Source: a virus (Duplodnaviria > Caudoviricetes). Taken from it: DNA of 27,016 nt. The notes beneath the pieces were generated by a model. That model ran no database searches. It worked only from the letters and a program-made list of their open reading frames with translations, and had not been told where the DNA came from. The stretch's first letter is position 1, and every line of letters begins with the position of its first letter. Both the position numbers and the translations under genes were made by a program. Below are positions 1-8,206 of the stretch, one piece after another. Location of the stretch: positions 1 through 27,016 of the IMG/VR virus record IMGVR_UViG_3300005512_000277. One strand, given 5' to 3'.

Positions 1-549
1 GCCTCCAACATTACGGCGGGATCGCTCAACGCTGACCGGCTCTCGATTGACGGGGTGACGCTGGATACCTCTGGCGGCAACCTGATTATCGCTAACGGGG
101 GTGTAGGAACGACGCAGGTAGGGACTCGGGCTATCACGAACACCGCTCGGGCTGATATGGCGTCCAATACGAATTACACAACCGCATGGCAAACCCTTGT
201 AAGCCTCACGGGGCAATCCTTCGATGCTGGGGACATTGCCGAGCTGTCTTGGGGTATCCGGGCGCATCCTGAAGCAGATGCTGCGCCGTACATTGCCATT
301 CGCATCTACGTTCAGGTATCCAATACGCCGAAGCTCTATCAGTATTTTATTGGGGATGCGTTCTTCGACACGACCAACTGGGCGCAGATTCAGCAGGCGC
401 TATTCAGTAGCACGTTCCAATATCCCATTGATACGACAAATGGTGACTGGCGGTTTTACTTGCAAGCGGCAACGAATGACAACAACACCTTCCCGCGATC
501 CTTCCGGGCGCCGGGAACCTACATTCAGGCGGTGAGGCTCAAGCGATGA
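1..549 (+). CDS. Tail tip / host-specificity protein, C-terminal part (5' truncated by window)
   Basis: Frame is open from base 1 (ASNITAGSLNADRLSIDGVTLD...). ITAGSLNADRL is typical of the C-terminal region of phage host-specificity proteins. Directly followed by a fibre chaperone gene. Confidence 0.7.
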   Translation, partial: ASNITAGSLNADRLSIDGVTLDTSGGNLIIANGGVGTTQVGTRAITNTARADMASNTNYTTAWQTLVSLTGQSFDAGDIAELSWGIRAHPEADAAPYIAIRIYVQVSNTPKLYQYFIGDAFFDTTNWAQIQQALFSSTFQYPIDTTNGDWRFYLQAATNDNNTFPRSFRAPGTYIQAVRLKR

Positions 550-905
550 GATGGGCGGTAATTGAGGGTGACGAGATCACAATGATCTACGAGGGGCAGG
601 AGCCCCCAGAAGGCTCTGTATTGATTCCAGAGGGGCTTAATCCATTTAGGCTAGTGTGGGATGGGGTAGAGCTTAAAGAGGCGCCTGCTGCCTCTATGGA
701 GGCGGAGAGGGCTATTGCTAATAGGGAATACCGGAACCAATTGCTGACAGCCTCCGACTGGACCCAACTTCCTGACGCGCCTCTGACTGATGCCCAGAAG
801 GCGGCTTATGGAGCCTACCGGCAGGCTCTCCGTGATCTTCCCAATCATGTAAACTGGCCCAATATTTCAGCGGACGACTGGCCGCAGGTGGAGGAATTCA
901 AATGA
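546..905 (+). CDS. Tail fibre assembly chaperone
   Basis: C-terminal RNQLLTASDWTQLPDAPL...YRQALRDLP...WP signature of phage tail assembly chaperones. ATGA overlap with the upstream gene. Confidence 0.85.
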   Translation: MRWAVIEGDEITMIYEGQEPPEGSVLIPEGLNPFRLVWDGVELKEAPAASMEAERAIANREYRNQLLTASDWTQLPDAPLTDAQKAAYGAYRQALRDLPNHVNWPNISADDWPQVEEFK

Positions 906-2236
906 GCAAGATTTCTGAGCTGTCAGACGGCGGCGCACTTCAAAGTACCGACTATCTCATTGCGGTGCGGTCGGGTGGGAATGTCAAAGTGCAGCCCGGC
1001 TCCATGAGCGTAGACATCAACGGCGGCACGATTGACGGCGTGACCATCGGCGGGTCGAGTGCTGGGGCGGGGAGTTTTACGACCCTAACCGCAAGTGGCG
1101 ACGTTAACTTTGATAGCGGGACGTTGTTTGTCGATGCGTCTGCGGATGCGGTGGGGATTGGGACGAGTTCGCCGGGGTACAAGGCGGACATTGCGGCAAG
1201 CAACGCACTCGTGATGCGCCTTAAAGGTGGCTCAGGCGCCGTAGATAATTGCGGCCTGACCTTTGCCGGTAACGCAACCGGAAACCTTTTTAGGATAGGC
1301 ACCAACGTATCCGACAACGGCACAGGCGCGAATTTTGATTTTTACGACCTTGTTGCAAATGTCAACCGTTTACGCATCGACTCCTCCGGCCTCCTGACCA
1401 ACCAGATTGGCGCGGTGTTCAACGAGTCTGGCGCAGATTCCGACTTCCGCGTCGAGTCTGACAACAACGCTAATATGCTGTTTGTGGATGCGGGGAATGA
1501 CCATGTTTGCATCGGCACATCTTCTGACCTTGGCGGCACTTTAAACGTCAACGGCGGTGCAGTATTTGATGACGCCGACACCCTTGACCCCGACACAATG
1601 GGCGTTGGCCGTATTGGTATCGGAACGATTGCTGATGGAGGCCCGTTTGGTGGCCCAGCTATTGGCTGGGGCGGTAGTAGTGGGAATACTGCCGCAATCG
1701 CTGCTGTAAGCGGTGTTTTGTATTTAGGCACTGGTAATAAAAGCTCTGCTAACAATTTAGGAACTCGTTTACAGCTTTCTAATACCGAATGTGTTTTTAA
1801 TGACGACGGCAACGACCAAGACTTCCGCGTCGAGTCTGACAGCAACGCCCATGCGCTGTTTGTGGATGCGGGGAATAATCGGGTTGGGATTGGAGAGTCA
1901 AGTCCAAGTCAAGCACTAGATGTTAACGGAAATGTACTTGCGGATCGCTTTATGACGGCGACAGGAACCACTGGGTCTCTTGCTACATCTGGAACCGCCG
2001 ACATTTTAAATCTAGCTGGTGCAAGTGGATTATGGCAAGTGTCTGTTAGGAATAGTGATGGCGGAATAAACTGGAGAAATTCTTCTCAAGTTTTTTTCAA
2101 TGGAGTTTCTTCTTCTAGCATACAAACAAGTGACTCCGCTAATGTAACGGTTACGATGTCTGGAACTAATCTTAGATTAACAAACACTAGCGGCACAACA
2201 ATAGCTCTTACTTGGTCCGTAACAAGATTACTTTAA
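902..2236 (+). CDS. Tail fibre / receptor-binding protein
   Basis: 444 aa, Gly/Ser/Thr/Asn-rich, with repeated VFNESG..DFRVESD.N...LFVDAG...VGIG units and VGIGTSSP motifs typical of fibre shafts. Confidence 0.8.
   Translation: MSKISELSDGGALQSTDYLIAVRSGGNVKVQPGSMSVDINGGTIDGVTIGGSSAGAGSFTTLTASGDVNFDSGTLFVDASADAVGIGTSSPGYKADIAASNALVMRLKGGSGAVDNCGLTFAGNATGNLFRIGTNVSDNGTGANFDFYDLVANVNRLRIDSSGLLTNQIGAVFNESGADSDFRVESDNNANMLFVDAGNDHVCIGTSSDLGGTLNVNGGAVFDDADTLDPDTMGVGRIGIGTIADGGPFGGPAIGWGGSSGNTAAIAAVSGVLYLGTGNKSSANNLGTRLQLSNTECVFNDDGNDQDFRVESDSNAHALFVDAGNNRVGIGESSPSQALDVNGNVLADRFMTATGTTGSLATSGTADILNLAGASGLWQVSVRNSDGGINWRNSSQVFFNGVSSSSIQTSDSANVTVTMSGTNLRLTNTSGTTIALTWSVTRLL
1442..1498 (+). repeat. Internal direct repeat in tail fibre gene, copy 1
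   Basis: 52/57 nt identical to 1820-1876, including two perfect 22-mers (gacttccgcgtcgagtctgaca and gctgtttgtggatgcggggaat). Confidence 0.95.
1820..1876 (+). repeat. Internal direct repeat in tail fibre gene, copy 2
   Basis: 52/57 nt identical to 1442-1498. Confidence 0.95.
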
Positions 2237-2261
2237 CCCCAGCCATAAAGGAGAAACAACC

Positions 2262-2657
2262 ATGGCTATTACTTGTACTTGGACCATCAACAACATGACC
2301 CACAAGGACGCTGACGGCGGGGTGATCCTCGTCTACTGGTCCTGCGTGGCCTCTGACGGCACCTACTCGGCAACCGAAGGCGGCAAGCTACGCTGCGAGC
2401 CTGATCCGTCGGCACCGGGATACATCCCCTACGCAGACCTCACTCAGGACGACGTTCTGGGCTGGGTCTACAACAGCCTTGTCGAAGGCGAGGAAACCCC
2501 CGAGGAGGCAAAGGCCCGGATCGAAGCTGACCGCACGGCTAAGGTGCAGAAGCAAATCGACCGCTCAATCGGATCAATTTTGGTCCGATCAGCGACGTGC
2601 CTTTCCAGATTCAGCGATGGACTAGAGCGGGTGGGAAGGTCTTGGAGGGGCTGGTAA
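2262..2657 (+). CDS. Tail-fibre-associated small protein; native sequence probably ends near 2564 and the rest is a chimeric read-through
   Basis: Good RBS (aaggaga). MAITCTWTI...YIPYADLTQDDVLGWV resembles small proteins encoded next to phage fibres. After ...VQKQIDR the frame reads through DNA that codes for an endolysin in another frame. Confidence 0.65.
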   Translation: MAITCTWTINNMTHKDADGGVILVYWSCVASDGTYSATEGGKLRCEPDPSAPGYIPYADLTQDDVLGWVYNSLVEGEETPEEAKARIEADRTAKVQKQIDRSIGSILVRSATCLSRFSDGLERVGRSWRGW

Positions 2658-2716
2658 AGAGAAGGGCGGCAGAAGCCGCGTTATGGCAGAACCTAAACTG
2701 GCGGGAGTTTGTATGA
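2564..2716 (+). pseudogene. 3' remnant of a GH24 (RrrD-type) phage lysozyme
   Basis: My translation: LNRINFGPISDVPFQIQRWTRAGGKVLEGLVKRRAAEAALWQNLNWREFV*. RW..AGG.VL.GLV.RR..EA.L is the conserved GH24 C-terminus. In-frame TAA at 2540-2542, no start codon and no catalytic N-terminus. Confidence 0.85.
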
Positions 2717-2919
2717 TCACTATTGACGGTACCGAGTACAAAGAAGACGACTTCACCGACGAGCAGAAATACATGCTCGCTCAAATCAAGGACCTTCAAA
2801 CGAAGGAAGAACAGCTAAAGTTCAACCTTCACCAGATCACCGTGGCGAGACAAGCGTTTATCGACGGGCTGTCAAAGTCCCTTAAAGCGCCCTCAGAGGC
2901 CGAAAATGAGCCTGATTAA
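2713..2919 (+). CDS. Small coiled-coil phage protein
   Basis: Start moved to ATG 2713 (RBS gggag, ATGA overlap with the lysozyme stop). MITIDGTEY...QIKDLQ...L..I..AR.AF pattern is common in tail/lysis regions. Confidence 0.7.
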   Translation: MITIDGTEYKEDDFTDEQKYMLAQIKDLQTKEEQLKFNLHQITVARQAFIDGLSKSLKAPSEAENEPD

Positions 2920-3619
2920 CGACATAGTTCGTTCCCCCAATGGCCTGTTAGCGGTCGCTGCGGGGCATTTCGAGGACGCACAAGCGGTAAACATCTTCGG
3001 CGTGAACCCTATTGTCGGGACGACCTATGAGACTTTGTGGGATTATGGAGGGCTTTATAGCTACCCTTCCAGTGCTGCTAGCCTTTCTGCTGTTTCTTCG
3101 TCTGCCTCAGACACTATGGCCGTCCTTATCAGTGGACTGGATGCGAACTATTGGCCGATTCAAGAGGTGGTTACGCTTACTGGTACGTCGGCTGTCACGA
3201 CGACTCAGGCGTTTCTGCGGGTAAATTCTGCGGTCATTCTTTCAGGGGAAAACGCTGGGAACATCACCATTACCTCTGGCGTTACGGTGGTGGGGTATAT
3301 CTCCATCGGGAAGGGTCTAACCCAAGCCTGTAACTTTACAGTCCCGGTAGATCATTCCCTATATTTGACGCGGATTGACCTAACGTCAGGCACCGTCAAC
3401 CCGAATAAGTACATTACCTATCGCAACGTCACTAAGACGCATACGGGGCGGTGCTTGCGGGTAGCAGAGGCAACGTGGCAGACTGACGAACAGTCGTTTG
3501 ACCGGCAGGTGCCCTTTAAGATCGCGGAGAAAACCGACTTCCAGTTTGAGGCCAAATCATCTTCGGGCGATAACATTGTCTCCATATTTGTGGAAGGCAT
3601 ACTGGTGAGGAATGACTGA
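2906..3619 (+). CDS. Hypothetical protein, possibly virion-associated beta-rich protein
   Basis: 237 aa ORF, S/T/G/V-rich, translationally coupled to both neighbours. Confidence 0.65.
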   Translation: MSLINDIVRSPNGLLAVAAGHFEDAQAVNIFGVNPIVGTTYETLWDYGGLYSYPSSAASLSAVSSSASDTMAVLISGLDANYWPIQEVVTLTGTSAVTTTQAFLRVNSAVILSGENAGNITITSGVTVVGYISIGKGLTQACNFTVPVDHSLYLTRIDLTSGTVNPNKYITYRNVTKTHTGRCLRVAEATWQTDEQSFDRQVPFKIAEKTDFQFEAKSSSGDNIVSIFVEGILVRND

Positions 3620-3714
3620 TGCCCCTAAAAAAGAGCCAGAGCAAGAAGAAGATGCCCCAAGGCGGGGTCATGAAGCGTAAGACCGAGAAGAAGAAAAAGC
3701 CCTACGGGAAGTAG
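3619..3714 (+). CDS. Very small Lys-rich protein (MPLKKSQSKKKMPQGGVMKRKTEKKKKPYGK)
   Basis: TGATG coupling, RBS ggtgagga. Below the ORF-track cutoff. Confidence 0.55.
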   Translation: MPLKKSQSKKKMPQGGVMKRKTEKKKKPYGK

Positions 3715-3719
3715 TAGAC

Positions 3720-3737
3720 GGGGGGCCGAAGCCCCCC
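3720..3737. terminator. GC hairpin at the end of the late transcript (ggggggc-cgaa-gcccccc)
   Basis: Perfect 7-bp stem with a UUCG loop on the - strand. No clear U-tract on either side. Confidence 0.45.
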
Positions 3738-3828
3738 TGCTACGCCAGCAACGGGCGGGAAACTAGCGCAGCGGTTATATCCTAGCACCTTCTAATAGCA
3801 AAATGTTCTAAGCATTCTCTGCTAAACC

Positions 3829-3847
3829 TAAACAGAACTGTTATGAT
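3829..3847 (+). promoter_or_regulatory. Putative extended -10 promoter (TGtTATGAT) overlapped by dyad TAAACAG-aa-CTGTTAT
   Basis: TG at 3839-3840 and TATGAT at 3842-3847, upstream of RBS gagaggag and the first recombination gene. Confidence 0.55.
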
Positions 3848-3875
3848 TGCAGTGGGTTTAGAGAGGAGATTACCC

Positions 3876-4460
3876 ATGTTACCTAAGCTGATCTGGGACA
3901 CCCTGTCCCAAATTGACGTATCGGCTCATACCGAGCGCAAGCAGAACCTTACCTATCTATCCTGGGCGTGGGCCTGGGGGACGATGTGCAAGCACTTCCC
4001 TGACACCACCTACACCTTTACGTCTGAGTCCTTCCCCGATGAAACCGTGGAGTACACCTGTACTGTCACGGTAAACCACAACGGTGCTACCCACTCCCAA
4101 ATGATGTGGCTCCCGGTTATGGATCACCGAAACAAGGCGATCAAGAATCCTGACGCGTTCGCTCGGAACACCTGCAAGATGCGCTGCCTTACGAAGTGCC
4201 TCTCCATGCTTGGCTTAGGCCACTACATTTATGCAGGCGAGGACCTTCCCGAAGGGCATGAACCGGAGAAGATCAACGAGCAGGAAGCCGAACTGCTTAA
4301 GCGCATGATTGAAGAAACCTCGACCGATCTTGAGAAGTTCTTCATGGCCTTCAAGATCAAGTCTCTACAGGAGATGCCAAAGGAGCGGTTCCCTAAAGCT
4401 CTGGCTGCGCTAGAGAAGAAGATGGAAGCTCAAGGGGGTAGCGCAAATGCAGGTGCATGA
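3876..4460 (+). CDS. Single-strand annealing protein, DUF1071 (Sak-type)
   Basis: LTYLSWAWAW and MWLPVMDHRNKAIKNP...MRCLTKCL...GLGHYIYAGEDLP motifs. Start moved to ATG 3876 behind RBS gagaggag. Confidence 0.85.
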   Translation: MLPKLIWDTLSQIDVSAHTERKQNLTYLSWAWAWGTMCKHFPDTTYTFTSESFPDETVEYTCTVTVNHNGATHSQMMWLPVMDHRNKAIKNPDAFARNTCKMRCLTKCLSMLGLGHYIYAGEDLPEGHEPEKINEQEAELLKRMIEETSTDLEKFFMAFKIKSLQEMPKERFPKALAALEKKMEAQGGSANAGA

Positions 4461-4710
4461 CCCCGTTGTTATAAAAACCTCGCTAGAAGAAGCGATTGGC
4501 TGGGCAACAATTGCTCTTGAGTCGGGTGATTTAGGCGCAATGATGCGAGCACATAGCAAGCTGAATGAAAAAATGCCACCTATGTCTGGACTTATTTACT
4601 TAGCGTTGAACAAAGGGACGGTAGACCAATTGTCCGAGGAAGACCAAGACCTCGCTGAACTCATTGAGTTTAGGGATACTTTGCGGGAGGCAATAGATGC
4701 GGGTAATTAA
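4447..4710 (+). CDS. Hypothetical protein
   Basis: 87 aa ORF overlapping both neighbours, somewhat more AT-rich. Confidence 0.6.
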   Translation: MQVHDPVVIKTSLEEAIGWATIALESGDLGAMMRAHSKLNEKMPPMSGLIYLALNKGTVDQLSEEDQDLAELIEFRDTLREAIDAGN

Positions 4711-5296
4711 CTGCGAGCAGGGAACCGAGGAATGGCTGGCGGCGCGTTTAGGTGTGCCCTCCGCCTCTAGCTTCTCGAAGCTCATTACCCCTACGGGGAA
4801 GCGATCCTCTACCTTTGATTCATACGTCAATCAATTGGTGGCGGAACGTATCACAGGTGAGGCAACGCCCTTCCCTACTACAGACGCTATGGCTAGAGGG
4901 ACCGAACTGGAACCCCACGCTAGAGCCTATTACGAGTTCGCTACCGATAACGAAGTGGTAGAGATGGGGTTCATCAAACACGCCGTCTTAGAAGCTGGAT
5001 GCAGCCCTGACGGCTTCGTAGGGGATATGGGAGGCATTGAGATCAAGTGCCCCCTACCTCATACGCATATTGAAACCCTACGAGGGGGAACTATGCCCTC
5101 GAAACACATTCCCCAAGTACAAGGGTGTATGTGGATCACTAGACGGGAATGGTGGGACTTCGTGTCCTACCACCCCGATATGCAGACTCTAATCGTACGG
5201 ATCGAAAGAGACGATGCGTACATAGAGACCCTCGCGGAGCTTGTAAAAGAAGCCTGCGAATCCATCGAATGTTTAACTAAGGATGTAGCACTATGA
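4697..5296 (+). CDS. YqaJ / lambda-exonuclease family 5'-3' exonuclease
   Basis: EQGTEEWLAARLG..SAS, RGTELEP.AR, GCSPDG, IEIKCP, QVQGCMW and WDFVSY motifs. Confidence 0.92.
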   Translation: MRVINCEQGTEEWLAARLGVPSASSFSKLITPTGKRSSTFDSYVNQLVAERITGEATPFPTTDAMARGTELEPHARAYYEFATDNEVVEMGFIKHAVLEAGCSPDGFVGDMGGIEIKCPLPHTHIETLRGGTMPSKHIPQVQGCMWITRREWWDFVSYHPDMQTLIVRIERDDAYIETLAELVKEACESIECLTKDVAL

Positions 5297-5541
5297 GCTA
5301 TGACAATAACCTTTCTGGCGCCCTCTTCAAGAATGATAAGAAAGAGACGGAGAAGCACCCGGACTACAAGGGGTCTTGTGAGATTGATGGGACCGAGTAT
5401 TGGGTAAGCTCGTGGCTTAACGAGTCGAAGAATGGGCGTAAGTACCTAAGCCTTAAGTTCAGCGCGAAGGACGAGCAAAAGCCCAGCAAGCCGGAACCAG
5501 CGGACGTAGGCGATGACCTAGACGAAGATGTGCCCTTCTGA
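5293..5541 (+). CDS. Small ssDNA-binding-like protein
   Basis: SGALFKN..K...HPDYKG...YWVSSW...YLSL core plus an SSB-type acidic tail DDLDEDVPF. Confidence 0.75.
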   Translation: MSYDNNLSGALFKNDKKETEKHPDYKGSCEIDGTEYWVSSWLNESKNGRKYLSLKFSAKDEQKPSKPEPADVGDDLDEDVPF

Positions 5542-5747
5542 TGAACGTGGGAGCTAGCTTACGAGCCCTCCAGAAAGACCGCGTGATAGCAAATGTGGAT
5601 ATTGCTCGGGCTCTCGGGGTACACGCTCTAACAATCAGCCGCTGGCGGAATTACACGGACCTACAGGCGTCCTATTGTCAGAAGCTGGCGGACTTTTTCG
5701 GGCTAACTGTTGACGAGTTTCTATCCTATGGACTTCTGGAAGATTGA
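5541..5747 (+). CDS. Cro/C1-type helix-turn-helix regulator
   Basis: 68 aa; DIARALGVHALTISRW...LADFFGLTVDEF pattern. Confidence 0.8.
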   Translation: MNVGASLRALQKDRVIANVDIARALGVHALTISRWRNYTDLQASYCQKLADFFGLTVDEFLSYGLLED

Positions 5748-6165
5748 TCGACCCCAGCAGGTTGAGGAGCGGCTAGAACACTTAGGGGAACACCTTAAAG
5801 CTAATTGGGACTGGTCTACGCCAGTCTCGATTAAGCCAGAGGTGTACCAGAACCCACGCTCTTTAACGCAAAACGCTTTATTCCACGTTTGGGTACGGCA
5901 GATGGTAAGTCACTTCAAACCGGCTAGACCGGAGCTAACCGACGAGGAAATGAAGGACATATGCAAATACAGGTTCCTAGGCACGGAATCTAGAAAAGCT
6001 GGTAAGATCATGCTCGAAAATCAGTTGAAGCAGACATCTAAGCTACGAAAAGGCGAGATGTATCACTTCATGGAGCAGGTCTACCAGTGGTGTTTGGAAT
6101 TGGGCCTGCAACTCGATACCCCATCTGACTCGGAGTTCATGGAGATACGTAAGAGTCAGGCGTAG
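5728..6165 (+). CDS. NinB/Orf-like recombination mediator
   Basis: RSLTQNALFHVW and TSKLRKGEM..FMEQV..W..E.G..L motifs. ATG 5728 preferred over TTG 5710. Confidence 0.75.
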   Translation: MDFWKIDRPQQVEERLEHLGEHLKANWDWSTPVSIKPEVYQNPRSLTQNALFHVWVRQMVSHFKPARPELTDEEMKDICKYRFLGTESRKAGKIMLENQLKQTSKLRKGEMYHFMEQVYQWCLELGLQLDTPSDSEFMEIRKSQA

Positions 6166-6174
6166 GGAGGGAGA

Positions 6175-7365
6175 ATGGGCGCACCAAAGCAAGTAGACCC
6201 AGAGTTATTGAACTACTGCGTTTCGGAACAGGAACGGCTGTACGTCAATGGTACGATTGAACACGGGTCTATGCGAGCTGCGGCTCAGGCTGCAGGGGTT
6301 AACTCTGGAACGGTTCGGCAAGCACTGGACCGAATAAAGCTCCGGGCGGCGAAGATGGGTTATGCGCCGGAGCATGACCTGAATAAACCGACTACTGCCC
6401 CGTTCGTGGTGAAGGGAACGTCTACTCTCTACGGGGAGGACGGTCAGCCGAAATTGCAGTGGGTAAAGACCAACCTCGATAGGGAAGCCCAGCTAGAGAT
6501 CATGCAGCAGGCTGTAGAGGCGATCTGCGAAGATGTTAAGCCTACCAAAGCCATCCCTCCTCCCCCTGACGTAAACGAGCAACTCATTTCCATCTACCCG
6601 TGGGGCGACCCTCACGTTGGGATGTACGCGTGGGCTGATGAGGTGGGAGATAACTTTGACCTGTCCATCGCGGAACAGGACATGTGCAACGCGGTTGACT
6701 ATCTGGTTGAACGATCCCCGCCCTCTAAGCGCGGCGTCCTTGTTAATTTGGGGGATTTTTTCCACTATACCAACATGACGGGCACGACAGAGCGCAGCGG
6801 CCATGTCCTCGACCGAGATTCACGAACGGCAAAGATGATCGACGTAGGGGTTAGGATCATCAAACGATGCTTAGAACGAATGCGGGAGAAGCATGAGATA
6901 GTCGAACTCATAAACGCTCCCGGTAACCATGATGAAACCTTCGCTCACTTCCTTAACGTCCTTTTCCGCAACCTCTACGCCAACGAAAACCGCGTTATCG
7001 TTCACGACGCACCTACGACCCGTCATTACTTACAGCACGGGAAGTGCCTGATCGGTGTAGTCCATGGTCATCAGACCAAGGACCGAGACCTACCGGGGAT
7101 CATGGCTACGGAAAAGCCCAAAGAATGGGGGGCGACTAAACATAGGGTATTCCTTCGCGGACACCACCATCATGACTCAAGGGTTGAATACAACGGATGC
7201 GTGGTCGAAATGGTAAGGACCCTCGCTGCCGGGGACTCCCACAGCGTGGGCGGTGGGTACTTATCAGGTAGGGATATGAAATGTATCGTCATGCACTCCG
7301 AATTTGGAGAGCAGATGCGGTTAACCTGTGGAATCGACGTATTGAGGAGAGAATATGCAGCTTAA
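6175..7365 (+). CDS. Calcineurin-like metallophosphoesterase with N-terminal HTH
   Basis: GDPHVG, LGDFFH, PGNHD, HGH and GHHH metal-binding motifs; N-terminal SMRAAAQAAGVNSGTVRQAL HTH. Confidence 0.8.
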   Translation: MGAPKQVDPELLNYCVSEQERLYVNGTIEHGSMRAAAQAAGVNSGTVRQALDRIKLRAAKMGYAPEHDLNKPTTAPFVVKGTSTLYGEDGQPKLQWVKTNLDREAQLEIMQQAVEAICEDVKPTKAIPPPPDVNEQLISIYPWGDPHVGMYAWADEVGDNFDLSIAEQDMCNAVDYLVERSPPSKRGVLVNLGDFFHYTNMTGTTERSGHVLDRDSRTAKMIDVGVRIIKRCLERMREKHEIVELINAPGNHDETFAHFLNVLFRNLYANENRVIVHDAPTTRHYLQHGKCLIGVVHGHQTKDRDLPGIMATEKPKEWGATKHRVFLRGHHHHDSRVEYNGCVVEMVRTLAAGDSHSVGGGYLSGRDMKCIVMHSEFGEQMRLTCGIDVLRREYAA

Positions 7366-7567
7366 CAATTACGGGCCCATGGCTGAGACGCTAAAAAGGA
7401 TTACGGCTTACCAACAAGTCGGCTGTCATCACGAACCCGGCTATGGGCAGGATTATTACCGAATCACAGTCAAGGAGGGTTCTAAAACGATCTCTGACGT
7501 ATTTAACATCCAGAACGATGGTCAGCTAAATGATGCCATCAACAAACTGTATCTGAGGGCGCTATGA
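7355..7567 (+). CDS. Hypothetical protein
   Basis: RBS gaggaga; coupled to neighbours. Confidence 0.6.
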   Translation: MQLNNYGPMAETLKRITAYQQVGCHHEPGYGQDYYRITVKEGSKTISDVFNIQNDGQLNDAINKLYLRAL

Positions 7568-7752
7568 ATAGGATTGAATGGCAGGAGGACGACCCGGATC
7601 AGGATGGCGAGGTGGCTATGTCCCTAACGATCATTTCAGGGGACTCAGCGTTACTCGCTAGAGCGCGGAAGATGTTCCGCCAGCTATTGGATGACCGCCA
7701 GCCCCTAACACCCATCTCTTCTTTCCCGAGGAATGACGATGGCCGCGATTAA
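7564..7752 (+). CDS. Hypothetical protein
   Basis: ATGA overlap, RBS gaggg. Confidence 0.55.
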   Translation: MNRIEWQEDDPDQDGEVAMSLTIISGDSALLARARKMFRQLLDDRQPLTPISSFPRNDDGRD

Positions 7753-8143
7753 GCGCGACGCGGCGGACAACTTTTTTTCCCTATGTGTTAGAGCTAAGGC
7801 GAATTTCTCTTGTGAATACTGCGGGAAGGAGTTTCCCGGCCCTGATCAGGGGCTGCATTGCGCCCATATCGTGGGGAGACGCAACTCAAGCACGCGCTGG
7901 GCCTTAGACAACGCTGTGTCCCTCTGCTACTACCATCACCGCTATTTCACGGAAAACCCCTTAGATTTCTCCTATTGGCTCTTTGAGTATTTGGGCGAAG
8001 GCCATATGGAGCGCCTCATGGAGAAGCGTAACGAGGTCTATAGGGTGCGCGTGGCGGATAAGAAGGAGATCGCCAAGCACTATCGGGAGCAGTGGAAAGC
8101 CTATCAGGACGGCCTTGAGCCGGAATTTGTCTCTTGGAATTAA
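7739..8143 (+). CDS. NinG/Rap-like HNH-fold nuclease
   Basis: D..FS..VR, CEYCG, LHCAHIVGRR..STRW..DNA..LC..HH motifs. Start ATG 7739 behind gagga. Confidence 0.75.
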   Translation: MAAIKRDAADNFFSLCVRAKANFSCEYCGKEFPGPDQGLHCAHIVGRRNSSTRWALDNAVSLCYYHHRYFTENPLDFSYWLFEYLGEGHMERLMEKRNEVYRVRVADKKEIAKHYREQWKAYQDGLEPEFVSWN

Positions 8144-8168
8144 AAAAGGGGCCCCGAAGGGCCCCAAA
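8142..8168 (-). terminator. Rho-independent terminator on the - strand
   Basis: Minus strand reads GGGGCCC-TTCG-GGGCCCC-TTTTTT. Confidence 0.85.
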
Positions 8169-8200
8169 GCTGGCAGGAGAGAGGAGGGAGAGCCACCAGC
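8142..8200 (-). ncRNA. Putative ~60 nt small RNA with an anti-Shine-Dalgarno loop
   Basis: Lies between a - strand promoter (TTGACG 8235-8230, 17 bp, TATAAC 8212-8207) and the terminator. Folds as GCUGG-[UGGCUCUCCCUCCUCUCUCCUG]-CCAGC followed by the terminator hairpin. Confidence 0.55.
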
Positions 8201-8206
8201 CAGTAC

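Noticed and set aside
952-1845. Minus-strand ORFs opposite the tail fibre
   Set aside because: Pro/Ser-rich mirror of Gly-rich sense codons; no independent support.
902-2236. Diversity-generating retroelement acting on the fibre repeats
   Set aside because: No reverse transcriptase in the window, both copies lie inside one ORF, and the mismatches are not adenine-specific.
2683-2712. Longer N-terminus of ORF 2683-2919
   Set aside because: Overlaps the lysozyme remnant; ATG 2713 has an RBS and ATGA coupling.
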